Assembly (NCBI GenBank): GCA_951406725.2
Contig: OX597814.1
Span: 79,856,001-79,920,000, forward strand
Source of the DNA: Octopus vulgaris
Taxonomy: Eukaryota
Direction of reading: 5' to 3'
DNA length: 64,000 nucleotides
In this document: positions 26,932-40,233 of the stretch, piece after piece
Position numbering within the stretch: the first letter of the stretch is position 1
How the letters are laid out: every line of letters starts with the position of its first letter
Notes under the pieces: generated by a model
Databases searched by the model: none
Told to the model about the DNA's origin: nothing
What the model saw: only the letters and a program-made list of their open reading frames with translations
Translations under genes and position numbers: made by a program

Positions 26932-27909
26932 AAGAAAGAAAAGAAATCAGTGCTTGTTACCTATACTGGGAAAGGATGGTTCGTGGATGCTGGGGAAGAA
27001 AAGTAACAGGCGGAAGAATAAGTGTGTGGGGTGGGGAAGACGAGAGCGAGCTCGCGTCTGTGTAAAAGAGTCAATTCGTCATTCCGAAACATAGGAAACT
27101 GGACTAAAATATTGACAAAAAGAAAGAATGAGTGAATGAAAGAATGAATGAGAGTGAAAGAGAGTGAATGAAGGGAGGAGAAGCAAAGGGAATGGAGTAT
27201 TCGCTGTGGTGAATTTGAAGAACGATGTGGAGTTCAGTGTGAGAGAGATTGCAGTAAAGATGTAAAGTCTTTATTTATTTGCGAAAGAGATTTTGTTAGA
27301 GAAAGGGAAAGAGAAAAAAAGGACAAGAGGAAAAGAATATCAACAGGAAAGAGAGAGGGAAGGGGAGAGAGAAGAGAGAGAGAGAGAGAGAGACGAAAAT
27401 ACAGATGGCGTTGAGTGCTAGTTGCGTCAAGAAGAGAAAAAGAAAAAGAAAGAAAGGGAGGGGGAACAGAAGGAGAGGCAGATAGAGGTTTTGAGTGAAA
27501 GAAGTTACAGAAAAGAAGCAATAAAACCTTTCCTGGGCGGCTATTAATCTGCCATAACATTGAAGTAATTTTGCTGGCGCTGATAAAACACTCACACTCT
27601 CACACTCACAGACACACACACACACATACATATATATATATACATATACAAAGGCCTGCATATACACAATGACATATATTTTAGTTCAGACGTACGGCTC
27701 AAGGTTTTATAACTTGCCAGCAAGATCATCAATCTGTCACTTCTTACTCTTCACTTAGACCTCCCGCTGCTTACTCCTGTTTTGTTTAAAAGGTGCGGAG
27801 TGGGTGGCTGGAAACTTTTGATATAAAAGCCTGTGTTTTTTTATTCTTTTCCTTTTGTTGTTGTTCTTGTTGTTCTCTTAGTCTTTATAATTTGGAAGAG
27901 CTTCTACAC

Positions 27910-28069
27910 CAGTTATAAGCAAACTGTGGTCCACGACTCTTTCTTCTGAATAGCACGCCTAATTTCACGAGGAAAATAACGTATGCATAATTATTTTAGT
28001 TGTGCGGCCCGCCTGATGATGAGTCATGTCTTATGCGGCCCGCTTCTCGAAGAAACTTACCCGTGCCTG
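27910..28069. mobile_element. hAT (Charlie-like) MITE
   Basis: CAG...CTG ends, internal TGCGGCCCG repeats and an 8-bp TSD TTCTACAC / CTCTACAC. Confidence 0.65.
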
Positions 28070-28229
28070 CTCTACACAATTATAAGACCTGTTAGAAAGA
28101 ACAGCCGGATTCCCCCCCTTGTTTCACACTCACAGCTGTACTCCTCAATCTTTACTACATCGTGGCACTGGTAAGCTTTGGAGACATGTTATAAAGCTAA
28201 AGCGAAAGAAAGAAAAAAACCCAATAGAT

Positions 28230-28561
28230 AGATCTATTTTGTCTTCTATTTGTTTGTCATTGGACTACGGTCATGCTTGGGTATCATCTCGAAATGTTTT
28301 AGTTGAATAAATCGATCACAATGCTTATGTCTTTTGATTTAAAAAAATCTGGTACTTATTTTATCGTTTCTTTACCTAACCGCTCAGTTACGAAAACATA
28401 AAGAAACCAGTATCCGTTGTCAAGCAGATTTGGGCGAGTAACAAACACACACACATGTTCACACACACACACAGACACATGCTCACACACATATACACAC
28501 ACACTCACACACATACACACACACTCACACACACACACACACACATGCTCACATACACACA

Positions 28562-28595
<34 letters not shown>

Positions 28596-28866
28596 TGTGG
28601 ATTTGGTAGACAGAAACTGAAAGACGCCGGTCGTATACATGTATATACATATATATATATATATTTATACATATGCGTGTGTGTGTCTGTGTTTGTCCCC
28701 ACCACTATCGCTTGACAATCGATATTGGTCTATTTACATCCCCATAACTTAGCGGTTTGGCAAAAGAGACTAGGCTCACAAAGAATAAGTCCCTCGGTCG
28801 ATTTATTCGACTAAAAAGCCGGTGCTCCAGCATGACTGCAGCCAAATGACTGAAACATATAAAAGA
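28230..28866. mobile_element. two SINE B 3' halves in inverted orientation
   Basis: About 28230-28440 on the minus strand and 28596-28866 on the plus strand, separated by (CA)n/(TA)n. Confidence 0.7.
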
Positions 28867-28997
28867 ATACGCGCTGAGATGCACGCTTTTTAGAGGTAAC
28901 AATGTCCCCACGTCCCTAACTCTTCAGTGTCTACTGTTGACTGCTATTTGAGACCTGTAGAAGAATGAAAGTAATACCACAATTAAAAAAAAAAAAG

Positions 28998-29325
28998 TAG
29001 CAGAATCGTTAACACGCCAAGTAAAATATTGATTTTAAATTTTGACACAAGACCAACAACTTCGGATAAGGGATAAATCGATTATATCAACTCCAGCATA
29101 CAACTGGTACTTATTTTATCGACCCCGAAAGGATGAAAGGCAAAGTCGACCTCGGCGGAATTTGAACGCAGAACGTAAAAATGAACGAAATGCTGCTAAA
29201 CATTGTACCCAGTGTGCTAACGATTCTGCCAGCTTGCCACTATTTCGTTCGTATTTACGTTCTGAGTTCAAATTCCACCGAGGTCGACTTTGTTTTTCAT
29301 CTCTTTGGTGTCGATAAAATAAGTA
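28998..29325. mobile_element. nested SINE A copies
   Basis: A plus-strand head (28998-29030) resumes at 29241-29325 after a minus-strand copy at 29035-29240. Confidence 0.75.
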
Positions 29326-29339
29326 TCATTTTTTCCTTC

Positions 29340-29460
29340 CAATGTGTCTAGAACTACATTATCCAATGTATCCTACCTCATTTTTCAGGTTAGCAGGATG
29401 TGATTTAAGGGATGCTTGGCTGCTATTTCTAGCAGGTGGTATAACCACGTAGAGATGCCC
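29340..29460 (-). mobile_element. dispersed repeat family D fragment
   Basis: The motif GAGGGAAATTTGGCTGCTATTTCTAGCAGG or its reverse complement recurs at about 6365, 26677, 58966, 59285 and 61860. Confidence 0.6.
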
Positions 29461-29559
29461 TTGATATATCGACATGACCCTTAGAGGTCCATATAAGATT
29501 TTGTTACTATAATTTGTGTGTAATAAATTGCACATTTTTTAAAATGCAATTGCTGATAA

Positions 29560-29955
29560 TGGTTTCAAACTTTGACACAAGGCCAGCAACTTCGGGAAAG
29601 GGTTAAGTCGATTACATCGATCCTAGTGTTTACTGGTGCTTGTTTGATCGAACGTGTAAAGATGAACGGCAAAGTCGAACTCGGGGGAATTTAAACACAA
29701 CATGAAGACGGATTAAACGTCTCAAACCATTTTGCCCGGCATGTTAACGATCCTTATTTCTTTATTGTCCACAAGGGCTCAACACAGAGAGGACAAACAA
29801 GGACAGACAAACGGATTAATTTGATTATATCGACCCCAGTGAGTAACTGGTTCTTATTTAATCGACCCGAAAGGATGAAAGGCAAGGTCGACCTCGGCGG
29901 AATTTGAACTCAGAACGTAACGGCTGACGAAATGCCGCTAAGCATTTCGCCTGGC
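29560..29955 (-). mobile_element. two adjacent SINE A copies
   Basis: 29560-29750 and 29753-29955 both carry AGGCAAAGTCGACCTCGGCGGAATTT-like cores. Confidence 0.85.
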
Positions 29956-30087
29956 ATGATATTTAATTATAAAAATATAAAAGGGGTTTTTAAATGATCG
30001 AATGGTTATGGAGGTCCAGGAGAGTGAAATTGGAATCAAAGGGGGCCCACAAGCAAAAAAGAAAATAAACGGTTAAGAATCTCTGTT

Positions 30088-30335
30088 TTAGTCGAACAAA
30101 TCGACCCCAGACAAAATATACATACAAACACACACACACACACACATACACACATACAAACATGCAGGCACACGACCACACACACACACTCAGGCACGCA
30201 CGCACACACACACACGCACGCACACATAAACATGTGTTTATATGACATTGGTTGACCAGGAGCTATAGTAGAAGACACTTACCTAAAATGCCATGCTGTG
30301 GAACCGAACTCGAAACCACGACTTTGCAAAGCGCC
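30088..30335 (-). mobile_element. SINE family B, degenerate
   Basis: GTCGAACAAATCGACCCCAG...GCTATAGTAGAAGACACTTACC. Confidence 0.7.
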
Positions 30336-30883
30336 TATGTAAAATATTCGCCAACTCATCGGGCTTGTGTAGTCAAATGTTCTATCTAGGTTTAATACAC
30401 CTACACCCATGTGCATACTTCTTGGTTGCAAAGAGCAGCTTTTTCTTTCTCCGAATCAAATGGTGTTGTTATTGTTGTTGTTGTTGGTGGTGGTGGTGGT
30501 CAGCGTCGTCGTCGTCATGGCTTTCCTGGTGGTAATTATTTAACGTATTATTTAACTTTCAGAGATTAATTCTTAATTTCTTCAAATTATCTCCCTTTCT
30601 GAGAGTCACTAACAATTTTCGCCAGGTTTTATTCTCGTGCGATAAAACACATATTAGTTAACTAAAATATATTCGTACGTATTGTATATGCTATTCAATC
30701 CTTCACCCGTAAACTTTCTGTAACAGATGTTAGTTACTTTTACTCTTAACGTTGCGTTTACTGTTCTTGTTGCTAGTATTGCTACTAATATTTATTGATG
30801 CAAAATCTGCTATACACAAAATTACTTTTGATATTCCTATTACTATTGCTACTAACTTCGTCGTCGTCGTCGTCGTCGTCGTC

Positions 30884-30939
<56 letters not shown>

Positions 30940-31058
30940 TGGTGTTGTTAATTTTCATGGAACACAAAAACATGAAATGAATGAAATGAGATCTGACAAA
31001 TTGATATAGTTTAACGTCAGTATCTGTGCGTTTAATTTAATACTCTGTACTGTAGAGC

Positions 31059-31099
<41 letters not shown>

Positions 31100-31144
31100 T
31101 ATATATATGTGTGTGTGTGTACATATGTATGTGCATGTTTGTAA

Positions 31145-31218
<74 letters not shown>

Positions 31219-34200
31219 GTATGCATGTATATGATTAATGTGTGCTACTAAAGTGACTATAGTGCATTGAAGTAGTTTAAATTATGTTTATGCTTCTGAC
31301 GGTCATAGCTTTTATATTGCATTCCATTTGCATCTTGTTCCAATATTCCTATAATTCCATATCTACAATTGTTTGAATTTTGGTGGAATCGTGTTGGATT
31401 GTTTGTCAATTTGCCAATTAATAAACAAATGTAATACTAATTAATTACTCACGTCTTTATTATGTTGGTTAGTTATTATTACTATATTACCCATGTGGCT
31501 TGTTCAGTGATCTCTTCTGCATACGAACAAAGAAAATCCACATCAACATTAGTTGTTTTTATTGCTGTAGTTATTGTAATCGTTGTTGCCATTGCTGATT
31601 AGTTTTGTTTTATTTTGCTTCTTTTCTTTTCTTTTTTGTTTATTGTTGTTGATGATAGTGATGATTATTTTTTCTTTGGTTGTGGTTTATTAATGGCGTC
31701 GAGTTCGCTGAGTTGTTAGAGCGTCGGCAGAATTTGGCGCATTTCTCTGCACACTTAGTTCACATCCCACCTATGTCGTTTTACGCATTTCTTTCTTTCG
31801 GGGTCGATAAAAATATTCTAGCAAGGTCTGCAGAATGGTGGAACTGGAAAACTTTGCATTCTAGATTCAAATCCCTACACAACTTGGTTGTTGTTGTTGT
31901 TGTTGAAGGTGGGGGTGGTGGTGATCGTCGTCGTCGTCGTCGTCATCGTCATGGTTTTATTGGTGGTGATTATTTAACGCATTTCTACGCTATTCAAGTA
32001 GATTCATGTTCGAAGGCATCCAGCTAGGCCACATTTCCCAATGCCATTTCCCTCTTTAAATCGTATGTGTTCGAATTGACGGCGATTTTGTGATTATTTT
32101 TAGTAGATCCAGCAACCAAATAGATTGTTATTTTGGCTCATTGAAGTTGTTATTGCTTTTGTTGTTGCTGTTGTTGATCTTGTCGTTGTCATCGTTCTTC
32201 AGAACACTGTCCCAATATTTGTAGCCCTTAAAAGCTGATTTAATACTACTATTGTAAGTCTGCTTGTAAGTAAATGTACTAATGGTATTGTTATTGTTGC
32301 ATGGTTTAAAACATATCAAAACTGGAACCATAATTTTCTGACTTCATGCAGGCAGGCTTTATAAACCCGTCACTGACTTTATATTTTGGAGTTTCGTCTT
32401 TATAAGAACTTGGGCCAAGCAACGAGGATAACCGGGCCGATAAGGTGTTCGATAAGTCGGTCAGTGTTATTTTTATCAGTACCCAAAACATTCAGTATTT
32501 AATTAACAGAATCTGCCTAATGATTAATAATTAGGTGCCAAAATGTGAGCACATCTCTGTACGCAGTGGCCGCACAATTAAATTAACGTATGCTTCTTTC
32601 ACTTACAGTGTTTATGGATGCTCAACTATTCCTGTAGGTGTAACTTGGAGAAGAACACCACTGAAAGTTCAACTGCTTCACATGTGTAGCATAAAGATAT
32701 CGTCAGTTTTCTTCTGGTTCTCCAATAGATTATCAGCCCTGCTATCATCTGCATGTCAACATAATGCTCATTAGCTATAAAGTGTCCCCAAATCACACAT
32801 CTACACTGGTTAATCACTTTACGTTGTAAAAAAAAAAAAGGACAGTGTTGGTATTTTACAGATTTGATCCTTATCTTTTTAATCTGTCACTTGACACTGG
32901 TTAAATAATCTGACAGTGTTGCTGCTTTTCTTATTTCCTGTTTTATTCTAGACACTGTTTTCATATTGTATTTCTTTAGCAATCCATATATCACATAAGA
33001 TAGATGTTGAGCAGCATTATTAGTTGCCGAGTAAAATCTCTTATCTCTATTTCTTATGATACTTCCTTTCTTAATTTTGTTCGTTTTGTTGGGGAATTTT
33101 TGCAGTTAAACTCGTTGTGATGTGTTTTACTTGTTGCAAGCGCTGTCAGCGTTCTTGTGGGTACTCCCATTAATTCTGTTGGTTGCTGTTACTCTTAGTT
33201 CCTTTTTGCAACTGCTACTTCCGTTGTTGTAGACACACAACTGCTATTGTTGTTGTTGCCGAATATATGAACTTAAAACGTAGATTTTCTCCTTAAGTCG
33301 TTCCGTCGACTATTACAATGCCACCGATATGTTATGTCGAAGCATACCTGGGATTACAGAACAAGAAAAACGTCACTTATTGACTACAATAAGCTACTAT
33401 CTCTCAGGAACCAGAGCTAGCATTGCTAAAGTTTTAGTCTTCTTCCTACCATGTTCGAAACGATTTATTATCATTGGATTCCTGAAAGTGGAGTGTAGCG
33501 ATCCGAATACATGTTGCGATTTGAAATGACAAAAGTGTGTCTTGGTACGACCACGGATGAGTTTCTGGAGACGAGATATTATAGTTGGTATGTGTTGTAT
33601 GAATTCATAACTTATAATAAACAGTGCCTTATAACTTATAACAAACAAGCATTCTCAAACCAGAAATCTGGTCTGCAAGCTTGCACTCCATTATAGAAAT
33701 CCAAGCTGCCAGGTAAAGGCGACAAGTTAAGTCTCCCAACGGGAGACAGGTTACGTCTCCCATCCGAGTAGGCAATGACAGGATCTGAACTCATAATATA
33801 AAGAGTCAGAAGAAACACTGCAAGACATCTAACCTAGCATTCTTGCACTACTGTCAAGCCATCAGCTTGGATTAATACACTTTCTACCAACTCCAAAATG
33901 ATGAAAGGCGAAGCTGGCCTCAGCGGGATTTGAACTAAGTGCGCAGAGTGTCGAAACAAATAACGCGAAGCATTCTTTTCGATTCTGCCAACTCTCAACT
34001 CCCATATTAAAGAATTTACTCGTAACACTAGCGCTATCATACAGGTTTTATACCAGGATGTATTGTGTGTAGTGAAGTTTTCACCAGTCATTTATGTAAC
34101 GGTGTTCTGATTGATTCATGAACCTGATAGGATAGCTAATGACCTTGTCGTTGGTATTTATAAGTTAATATAGAGGTACGTGGCTTTGTTGTTGTTGTGT

Positions 34201-35185
34201 TACACCTATGATCGTGAGATTGTTGATGTGATTCATAAACCGGGCGATGCGTTATGTGCTTGGGCAAAATACTTCATTTTACATAGAGGGGGTGGAGAAT
34301 ATATGCGCCACAAAATCTGGCAAATCGTCCTTATGAGCCTATGACTGTTGGTAGTGATGTTAGTATTGGTGTCGCCACTGTTGTTGATGTTGGTGTCATT
34401 GTTGTTGATGATGAGGATGACGACGACGACGATGATAACAATGATCCTGATGATCACGATCATGAATATAATCATGATTGTCCAGATTTCGAGCCCAGGT
34501 CAAACAGATCCATTTATTCAAATATCTATTTTTCTTGTTATATCCAGGCCTATATTGTTCGGCACCACTCTCAATACTTTTAAGACGTTTTCGTGAAAAT
34601 TCAACGACCTCTGAGGACTAATTCCATGAGATCAATCATCTGCATTAGACACTCCTTGCTTTTTGTTATTGCATTCGGAATGTCAATGGAGCCAATCGCA
34701 TTCTTTAGGGTTTTATGGTTGTTAAGGGTTTGTTGTTTGCTGCAATGGTTATTGAAGCAGTAAACATTGTTGCAATACTTCATTGAGAAATATAAACATA
34801 TATACATACACATACATACATACATGTATATACATGTATGTATGTATATATATATATGTATACACACACAAACACACACACACATAGCACATTTATTTAT
34901 GTATGTCTGTATAAATATATATACATATACACACATATACATATATATATATATATATACATACACACGCATACGCACATACACACACACGAACATATAT
35001 ATATATATAAAACAAATGATAAAAAAGAATCAATAAACAAAATGGAAATTTAGAAATGCGTTGTTTATTTATTTATTAACGTTTTTTAAAATTGTTTTCC
35101 TAATTATTTAAATTTTTAATATTACTTACTTTTTTTGAACAATATATTCCTAAGCATAAATAAACACCATAAATTTTTATTGATG

Positions 35186-35292
<107 letters not shown>

Positions 35293-35359
35293 ATATATAC
35301 ATAATACATACATACATACATACATACACATATATGTATATATATATATGTGTGTGTGT

Positions 35360-35418
<59 letters not shown>

Positions 35419-35807
35419 TTATAAAATTCATAGATAAGATAATATGAAAATAAATGGATAATACAGTATAAAACAAAATTATATTATGGAACAAATCGAG
35501 CCAATTGGAAGCAAATAAAAGATACAGTGCCTAAATCAATAAAACGTTGTCGAACGGAAATAACCAAATTGAAAACAGAAAAATCAAAAATTAACTCAAG
35601 TACTGTTTGTTTAGTAGATTATTAAATTAACACATCAATAATATTATTAACAAATCAGTGAAATAGAGGAAAAATCATATCGAAAAACAAATGTAGAAAT
35701 ATTAAAAACGCAAAACGAAAAAAAAATTAAACGAAACAAAAGAAAAAATATTTCTTTATTTTATTATCTAATAATAATAAAAATAATAACACCTATAGTA
35801 TTTGCAA

Positions 35808-35824
35808 TAATAATAACAATGAAG

Positions 35825-35912
<88 letters not shown>

Positions 35913-35925
35913 CAACAACAACAAC

Positions 35926-36002
<77 letters not shown>

Positions 36003-36045
36003 TAGTGAAGATGATAATAATAATAGTGAAGATGATAATAATAAT
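35808..36045. repeat. (AAT)n microsatellite
   Basis: Directly visible. Confidence 0.95.
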
Positions 36046-36411
36046 ACAGACACGTTTTTGTTAAGAATAGATTTGGAAAAATATCGATAATATAATTTTG
36101 AATATTTTTCCGCGGGCTTATTTCGAATTTGTTTACAGATAATTAACATTGCGAAACACAAACAACATACTAGCATTTATAAATACTCAAAATAAATATA
36201 TAAATAAATAAATAAATAAAATGAAATAAAATGTACAGGCGTGGAATATTTTGTTTACGTTTATGTGTCAAATTTGAAGAGCGTTCTCAGTGCTTTTATT
36301 AAAGGTGGGTAGATTCTCATGTACGCATGGATTTTGTGCTAGGTGAGTTTGTAATTATAATCTTGATGCATTGACATTTTCTACCATTTACACACACGCG
36401 CACACAGACAC

Positions 36412-36442
<31 letters not shown>

Positions 36443-36491
36443 AACACATGTAGGCACGCGCTTACACTCACGTACGAACACAGTCAGATAT

Positions 36492-36540
<49 letters not shown>

Positions 36541-36714
36541 GATAGATAGATAGATAGATATGACAAAACTCATAATATATACTAAGTTGATGAAGCCAAT
36601 GTGTAAGTATATGTGTGTGTACGTACGTGTGTGTGTGTGTATGTGTGTGTAAAGTATGTATATAAAATTTAAACAAAAATTAGTAAAGAATGGCCACTGG
36701 CAAGTATTTGAACA

Positions 36715-36885
36715 ATATAGTCAAACACCCAAATACGCGTTTAATTGGTACTTATATCATCGATCCGGAAGGATGAAAGGCAAATCGACCTCGGCAGAAT
36801 TTGAATAACTCAGTACATAACGACGGACGAAATGCTGCCAAGCGTTTTTAACAGCGTTGTGATGATTCAACCCAGCTCACAGCCC
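36715..36885 (-). mobile_element. SINE family A, degenerate
   Basis: GGATGAAAGGCAAATCGACCTCGGCAGAATTTGAA. Confidence 0.8.
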
Positions 36886-36903
36886 TTATATATATATATA
36901 TAT

Positions 36904-37100
36904 ATGATAGATCGATAGCTACTAAACCTTTTTCTATTTTCTCTCCCTGTTTATATCTGTGTTCCTGTCTATCGAAGAGCGTAGGCTCGAAACGTAAAAG
37001 ACTTTCTCACTGCCCGAGCCTTAAACTAAAACACCTGTTTGCTGTTTACACACCCGTCTCGTTTTTCTGTTTGTTTGTATTTTTCGTTGTTCCAAAAAAA
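36904..37100 (+). mobile_element. solo PLE terminal repeat
   Basis: ATGATAGATCG...GAAGAGCGTAGGCTCGAAACGTAAAAGACT, preceded by (TA)n. Confidence 0.78.
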
Positions 37101-37249
37101 AGTTAGTTTTCTATGGTTTTGGTTTTTATGTTCTTGTTTCTCATCCCGTACCCATATATGAATGTATATATACATATATATGTGTGTATGTACATATATG
37201 TATGTATATATGCATATATTGATATATCATTTAAATTACTATATATATG

Positions 37250-37313
<64 letters not shown>

Positions 37314-37362
37314 TCATACATATATATATGTATGTAAATATGTATGTAAGTTTATATATATA

Positions 37363-38063
37363 TACCGTGTGCAGTGAATAAATATATATTTACTAAAATT
37401 TCATAAAAATATCTTGAACACCTAAGGAGTAAATTTATTCAATAAAATCGCCATCGGCTTTCACCATGGCTCCAGATGACTTCGGAATCTCCTGTAACTC
37501 TTCTTGACGGTCTCCATCTTTAAGTTGGTATATGCTGCTATAACCCTTGCCTGCAGTTCATCTTAGATCTTGCAAGGAGTTTTGTCGATCACTGGCTCAA
37601 ATGTGCCCCACACAAAATGATTAAGTGAGTTCCAGTCTGAGAAGTTAGATGGCCAGATGTTAGGTTCTCCTACTTGTGTGGCATGGTGCAGAGTCCTGTT
37701 GCCATATATATGGTCTTCTAGCAGCCACCCTCTTGACCCAGGGCAGCACTACCTCCTTCAAACACTTGATGTAGGTCACCGTGTTGAGTCTGAGGTCGTG
37801 TGGGAAGATGAATGGAGACAAAGCGTAGTCATCACTAGTAATGTTTGATTTTATCATTTTTGGTACATGTTCTCAGATTGCACTGTCCTGATATTGACAC
37901 ACAAACACTCTGAAATATTCGTATTAGAACTTCCTATGCTGTTTTTCTTACAGACGGTGCCCAACAGACCCTACTATACTCTGTAGTCAACAAAATCAAA
38001 CAAAAAAGGGGAATGCGTGAAATATAAAATATAAAATGGCTACAATTTACTGATTTACTGTGT
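37363..38063 (-). mobile_element. Tc1/mariner (maT/DD37D-like) transposase remnant
   Basis: YIKCLKEVVLPWVK..RPYIWQQDSAPCHTS, then NIWPSNFSDWNSLNHFVWG, a decayed WPPNSPDLNPLDY motif. Confidence 0.8.
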
Positions 38064-38066
38064 ATG

Positions 38067-38127
<61 letters not shown>

Positions 38128-38131
<4 letters not shown>

Positions 38132-38755
38132 GAAAAGTTGCAGAAATAGTATGAAGAGGAAAGTATGGAGCGGAGTTTATGAGCCGCACACAAGTGTACG
38201 AGTGGTTCACACCGAAAAAATATCGATATTGACGAACGTTGTCGGAGACCTGCAACCAGCAGAACTCAGTAAAGTATCGCAGATGTGCGTGCAGCTGTGA
38301 GGAGTAATCGTCGAATCACCATCCGTGAGTTATCAGAGGATATGCAGATAAGTTACTGCTCAGTTCAGTCCATTATTACTGGAGATTTGGCTATGAAACG
38401 CGTGTCAGCCAAATTTGTGCCCAAACTACTTTCAGCTAACCAAAATGACACTTAGGGTTCAGTTGCACAAGATCTTCACTGCATCAAGAATGATGAAAAC
38501 CTTTTGATAACTTTCCATAGGCCTCTGAGCAGGTATCGCAAAATTTGACGTTGATTCTCTGCTCAACTTTCTCTGTCTTGATCCATTCGACGATCACATG
38601 CTACACACCTTCCTTCCAAGCACTGCTGTAAACAGCGGAGGTGAGCTAGGACGTTAAGACTTAGTACACATGCACAGAAGAGTTCAAGGTCAATGTGTGC
38701 CAAGCGGCTTCACTCTGCGTGGTTTAGCATTGTTACTATGTCAACAGCCCGGATA
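38128..38755 (+). mobile_element. mariner transposase N-terminal remnant
   Basis: YGAEFMSRTQVYEWF...AVRSNRRITIRELSEDMQISYCSVQSIITGDLAMKRVSAKFVPKLLS, matching the HTH region and WVPH-like motif, with stops and frameshifts. Confidence 0.8.
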
Positions 38756-38765
38756 TATATATAAA

Positions 38766-39812
38766 AGAATTTAAAGTGAACAGAAAATGGGGAAATACTT
38801 ATCAACAACAATTGACTGACACCAATTATTACTTTTTAATACAAATAGACTGTATCCCATCTAACAGCTGTTTCTACTTCCAATGTTCTACGTTATTATC
38901 ATTGAAAATTCTGAAAACAATATTTCATAAAGCGTTTGCCCATTCCCTTCCTCCTCAACTGCCTTAGTTCACAGTTGTCCAAATAGGGACCTCTCTAGGA
39001 TTTAATGACAATACTGTTCATTCCTTCGCATTGTGCTTGTTTACATGCTTGTTTGTTTTTTTATATACAATGTCCTAAGCGATTTAGGCCACTTACAACA
39101 TATACTACTTTTCCATACTTTTATTTTTTTATGTATTTATATCTACTCGTATAACGGTCTTAATAGCTTGCCTTTTGCATTTAAATTTAACTGACCAATT
39201 ATATCGAAAGCTGGGCTTTGATCAATCCCATTACGGGCAATAGGTGGTTGGTCTTTACAACATATCAGTAAGTAAATAATTGTAATCAATTGATGAGCAT
39301 TTTATTACGATAAACTATTTAGTATTATTAACATAATTTCAAGAACTATAATAATTACTTCAAAACGTTATGGCACTCTCACACCCTTTTTGTCTAAACC
39401 TATTGGCGCATCCCGTAATGTTAAATTTTTTTATTCTACTTTTTTATTACTTATATACCCTGTTAACCCCATAGAAAAATTAACTTACCAATTAATATTT
39501 TAAGTTTAGTCATTTACTCAACGTCCTGAAGCGACACATGATTTAAATATATTAAGCTTTTATCTTCTTCTCCAGGCTCTTTTCTTTCCTTTTGTGTATT
39601 TTTCTTCACACTGATGAAGCTCCAAGTTCCATATTGGATGTGTTACCAAATATGATGAACATTAATTTCAGAATTTTCAACAGCAATACCGTAGAATATT
39701 GGAAGCAGAAACAACGTTAGATGGGAAATAGTCTATTTGTATAAAAAGTAATAATTGATGTTAGGCAATTATTGTTGATCAATATTTCTCCATTTTCTGT
39801 TTACTTTAAATT
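38766..39812. mobile_element. element bounded by about 150-bp inverted repeats with hammerhead-like motif (PLE-derived?)
   Basis: 38766-38916 is the reverse complement of 39667-39812. CTGATGA at 39611 and GAAAC at 39708 close a long stem II. Confidence 0.65.
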
Positions 39813-39972
39813 TGTTTCCTGATAAACTCATGTTTATCTTTGTCGTCGCCTGTAACCTATGAGCATGATATGCTTGCATATGTATGTCCAGGGTTAACAT
39901 AGATAATTATACCGGTAGTAAAACGGATATTTTTATCCCTTAGACGGTTATTTCAGCCCCTAATTCTACTAA

Positions 39973-40027
<55 letters not shown>

Positions 40028-40233
40028 GTGTGTGTGCGCGTTTGTATGTGTGTGTGCGTATTTATATCTACATATATAAGAATAGTATTGTTTTACTTTT
40101 TCTTGTTTCAGTCATTCGACTGTAGACATGCTGGGGCACTGCCTGGAAAAAATATGTATGTGTGTATATATGTGTCTGTGTGCGTGTGTGTGTGTGTGCG
40201 TGAGTGCTTGTGTTTGTGTGTGTGTGAGTGTAT

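Noticed and set aside
32607-32750. Coding exon (donor GTAAGT on minus strand, acceptor-like on plus)
   Set aside because: Candidate frames hit stops quickly or give no recognisable protein.
34475-34495. Known miRNA genes (seed-like matches, for example miR-219 here, miR-153 near 1545, miR-133 near 58730)
   Set aside because: Only partial matches, with no full mature sequence or precursor hairpin.
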